Source of the DNA: Octopus bimaculoides
Taxonomy: Eukaryota
Assembly (NCBI RefSeq): GCF_001194135.2
Contig: NC_068981.1
Coordinates: 76,359,164-76,414,347 of the forward strand
Direction: 5' to 3'
Length of the DNA: 55,184 nt
Shown: in pieces, positions 51,835-55,184 of the stretch
Position numbering within the stretch: position 1 is the stretch's first letter
Layout of the letters: each line of letters opens with the position of its first letter
Made by a program: the position numbers and the translations under genes
Notes under the pieces: model-generated
Seen by the model: the letters and a program-made list of their open reading frames with translations, nothing else
Database searches by the model: none
Told to the model about the DNA's origin: nothing

Positions 51835-53739
51835 GTAGCTATCTGTCTGTCTATATATGTCTATATATGTGTGCCTATATATGTGTCTGTTTGTCTGTCT
51901 ATTCCTCTCAACCATCTCTCTCTCACTGTGAGCGTGTGAGTTTGTTTATTTGTTTGTTTGTGCGTGTGTGCGCATGTGTTTGTGTGTGGATTTCTCTGTG
52001 TACGACAAGTTTTAGCTTTAATATATCTGCTAGCAACATCTAAATCGTTTTCCCATAATATGAGAAATTGTGCAAGTTTTTTTTTCAAAGTTCGTAGCAG
52101 ATAACTCATGAGAATGTTACATTCACAAGGAAAAGTTTTTATTAAGTAATTATTTTCCTTATTCATTGCGTAATAAAATTTTAAAATAATGATATAAATA
52201 TCTAAAATTTTTAGCTAAATCAATTTATAATTAATCATTCATTAGGAATACATAGGAATTTCAAAGTGAAATGATGAAGGTTAATTAGGAAATTTAAATA
52301 TGAAAAATATTCGTTAATATCATAATATGTGAGAAGATTTATTTTAAATATGATAATTAGTTTTCAGCCAATTAGCTTTGTCTTAAATATTGAAAGATTT
52401 CTGCCAGTTACATCAACACTGTTTTTCTATCAATTTCAATACCGCTTGTTTATTATTCCTAAACAAATAGATAGTTTCAACATAGTTCCAAACTACAATG
52501 AAAGCAGCAATTTTTTTTATAAATTCATGATAATGCAGTTTGTATAAACTGTTTCAGACACAAGTACATAATACATATTTCATCGACTGACATATCTTTG
52601 ACGAAAATCTGCGGATCTGCCGCCTAAATAATTCATTCTATTTCTTTGTTTTTCTTCAAAGAAATTTTGCATTAGATAATTGAATTTTAAAATTGGAAGA
52701 CATAATGTAATTGTGCAAAGATTTTGGAAGTAGATTCAACTAAATTTGATGAGTGATAGGCCCATAAAAAAATCAAAGAAATAGTTTTAAAATTGGAAAA
52801 TTTGTAAAATGTTAATTTGGTATCGCCACCAGTAATAATGCATCAGTTTCAGATACAGTAATCATAAAGAAAAACTACCTATGAATAATTTACGAATGGC
52901 AATTTATTACAAATCTTACTGAAAAAAGAAACAACTATAAATACATGTTGTTTCATAAATTTATTTGAATTCAATATTCGAAATTCCCATTTAAAGAAAC
53001 CATAAAAGAAATCTCAATAAAGATAGTTGATAAAAGTGAACATAAACTAAAGCAATTTAAAATTGCTTTGGATTAAATACGATAGCAGTATGTAACAAAT
53101 AATGGTATTTTTACTTGACAATAAATTTTATTTTTTACTCGACAAAATATATTAGATTGTCAGAGAAAGATTTGCAAACATTGGTCGATGTTATATGAGA
53201 TAAGTATTTATTCTAAGCAACTACATGATGGTAATTCAGTTAAATTGCTAATTAAATGATGTGACATTAAAGCATTCAGAATTTCACTCTGCTATCAATG
53301 TGTCTTGACCTCCACAATCATATTCAATATTAATCATATTGAATATTAATATTGACCATTATGTTAGTCATGATTGCGTATATTCGGCGTCACAATACAA
53401 TACTCTTCTGGCATTATGTTATGTTTCGTAACAGTCAAGCTCTTTCATTTAATTCACTATTATTATTATTGTTGCTCATTTTTACAAGACAATTCTGCAT
53501 GTAAAGTAAAGGCGCATTCATAATTGTGCTGTGTCTATACACATATTCTCATCTCTGTCAATTTTATTCTCTTTCTTTTTCTCTCTCCCTGTTTCTGCCA
53601 ATTTTTTACGCGCGCACACACACACACACATGTGTATGTATGTATATATTTATGTATGCATATATATGTGTGTATGTGTGTGTGTATAAATATATATATA
53701 CATAAATATGCATGTATATACATAAATGTGTGTACGTGA

Positions 53740-53778
<39 letters not shown>

Positions 53779-53934
53779 CCAGTGTATGTGTATATTTGTT
53801 TATATTTTACATGTAATACTATTCTCTGTATCTTTATATCACGTTTAAAAAAAAATTGATATTTTTCAATAAGAACCTAAGTTGAATGTCCTGCTGTAGT
53901 ATCATTTGCTATTTTCTTTTTCTTATATTTGTAG

Positions 53935-53970
53935 AATCGATCAAAACCTACAAAGAAACAGAAACTCCCG
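53935..53970 (+). CDS. Candidate 36-nt microexon, probably of the CUB gene (ESIKTYKETETP if phase 1 to 1)
   Basis: Long polypyrimidine acceptor attttctttttcttatatttgtag| and donor CCCG|gtaaat. The length is a multiple of 3, compatible with the phase-1 donor at 25372. All three frames are open, so frame and gene assignment are inferred. Confidence 0.5.
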
Positions 53971-54097
53971 GTAAATGTATTTTGCAATCATCAGTAATTT
54001 TTGTATATGTTTACATCATCATTACTTAATATCTTAATATTTGAACGTGCTTTGTGTTAATACATACATACATACATACGTACATACATACATACAT

Positions 54098-54250
54098 GGT
54101 AGGTGTGGCTTTGTGGTAAGATGTGAGCACCTCATCCATATGGTTTCTGGTTCAGTCCTACTGCGTGGCAACTAAGACTGGTGCCTTCTACCACAGCCTC
54201 GGCTCGACCAAAGGTTTGTGAGTAGATTTTGTAGACGGAAACTGAAAGAA

Positions 54251-54289
<39 letters not shown>

Positions 54290-54590
54290 NNNNNNNNNNT
54301 ATGTGTGTGTGTGTGTGTGTGTGTATTTATATATATATATTATTTTACTTGTTTCAGTCATTTCAATGCTGACATGGTGGAGCACCGCCTATAGTCGAAT
54401 AAATCGACCGCATCACCTTTTTTTTTGTAAGCATAGTAGTTATTCTGTCGTCTCTTTTGCCGGGGACGTAAATACACCAATATCGGTTGTCAAGCGATGG
54501 CGGGGTGGACAAATACAGATACGCAATTACATACATGTACATATATATGACGGTCTTTTTTTCAATTTTCGTACAAAACACTCGTCCAAT
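54098..54590. mobile_element. Two convergent SINE family B fragments (+ head 54098-54251; - body 54342-54590) separated by (TA)n and a gap
   Basis: ggtaggtgtggctttgtggtaag...gacggaaactgaaagaag on the + strand. ttttacttgtttcagtcatt...ggttgtcaagcgatgg is the reverse complement of the 3' half. Confidence 0.8.
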
Positions 54591-55147
54591 TGTTTCAATC
54601 AAGAGCTAGGAAAAAGGAAAACATATATAGGAAATTAATAAATAACAATGAGAGGAGAAAAATGTGAGAGAAATAGGGAAGTACTCAATCGATAAAGAAA
54701 ATATAAAGAGAAAAGAAGAAATAAGTAGAAATTACGAGAAATGTAAATAAAACAATAAAGATAAATAGAATTTAACTAGGGAAAGTTTAGTTCAAGAACA
54801 TACGTAGTTTCCAAAAGTGTTAAATGTATTCCAGCTAATATATAGCAAATAATTACGAATATAGGCGAATATATATATGAGCAAGGAATGTAAATTCATT
54901 GGTAAATCCAATTAATATATCATCTGTTTTATGTAGAACGACAGTTCGCAATAGTATACATAGTAGGATATTGTGCAGATGTTCTATATTACAACTGTAA
55001 GATATACTTCGTAACTGCCAGTCTATTTCTCCGAGTTATTCCTTTATAATGTTCTAATTATTGCAAAGTTAATCTGAATGTGTGTTGACAAAACCTCCGC
55101 ATTCATATTTGTGCTTTGTCCCCCACCCCACATATCTCTCACTGTTC

Positions 55148-55184
<37 letters not shown>

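Larger units (their letters stand above)
1551..54299. other. 14 assembly gaps (about 4.2 kb of N), most abutting (TA)n, (GT)n or (CT)n arrays
   Basis: 1551-2159, 3865-3874, 7373-7382, 12696-12705, 18066-18846, 19468-19811, 22900-23099, 26324-27254, 30024-30510, 43039-43192, 48919-49186, 50171-50568, 51686-51695, 54290-54299. Confidence 0.98.

Noticed and set aside
144-54638. Most ORFs in the supplied track (poly-YI, HT, CV, I, N, F, S and X-filled ORFs)
   Set aside because: They are translations of di- and trinucleotide microsatellites, N gaps or SINE bodies, with no domain signal.

Overview
AT-rich (by eye) eukaryotic genomic DNA, full of microsatellites, with 14 N-gaps totalling about 4.2 kb. 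The SINE, mariner and microsatellite content resembles an octopus (coleoid cephalopod) draft assembly; that is inferred from recalled repeat sequences, not a search. Almost all ORFs in the supplied track are artefacts of microsatellites, gaps or repeats. The window is mostly intron of one + strand gene for a CUB-domain protein with a Ser/Thr/Pro-rich stalk. Two exons are firm and phase-compatible (11625-11856, 24695-25372), a 36-nt microexon is a candidate (53935-53970), and the 5' and transmembrane exons could not be fixed. The intronic and flanking DNA carries a full-length dead mariner, three mariner deletion derivatives and a pogo/Tigger-like MITE. It also carries an RT-deleted Penelope-like element with inverted terminal repeats and a hammerhead-ribozyme remnant, an R4/Dong-like LINE fragment in a (TAA)n array, an RTE-like remnant and four tRNA-derived SINE families. 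The most notable unexplained structures are a near-perfect 44-bp hairpin (51467-51563), a 2.1-kb inverted/direct repeat complex (49208-51336) and a possible antisense terminal exon ending in a CaaX box (43585-43650). I found no convincing evidence of a wholly new biological system; the leads are ranked below.
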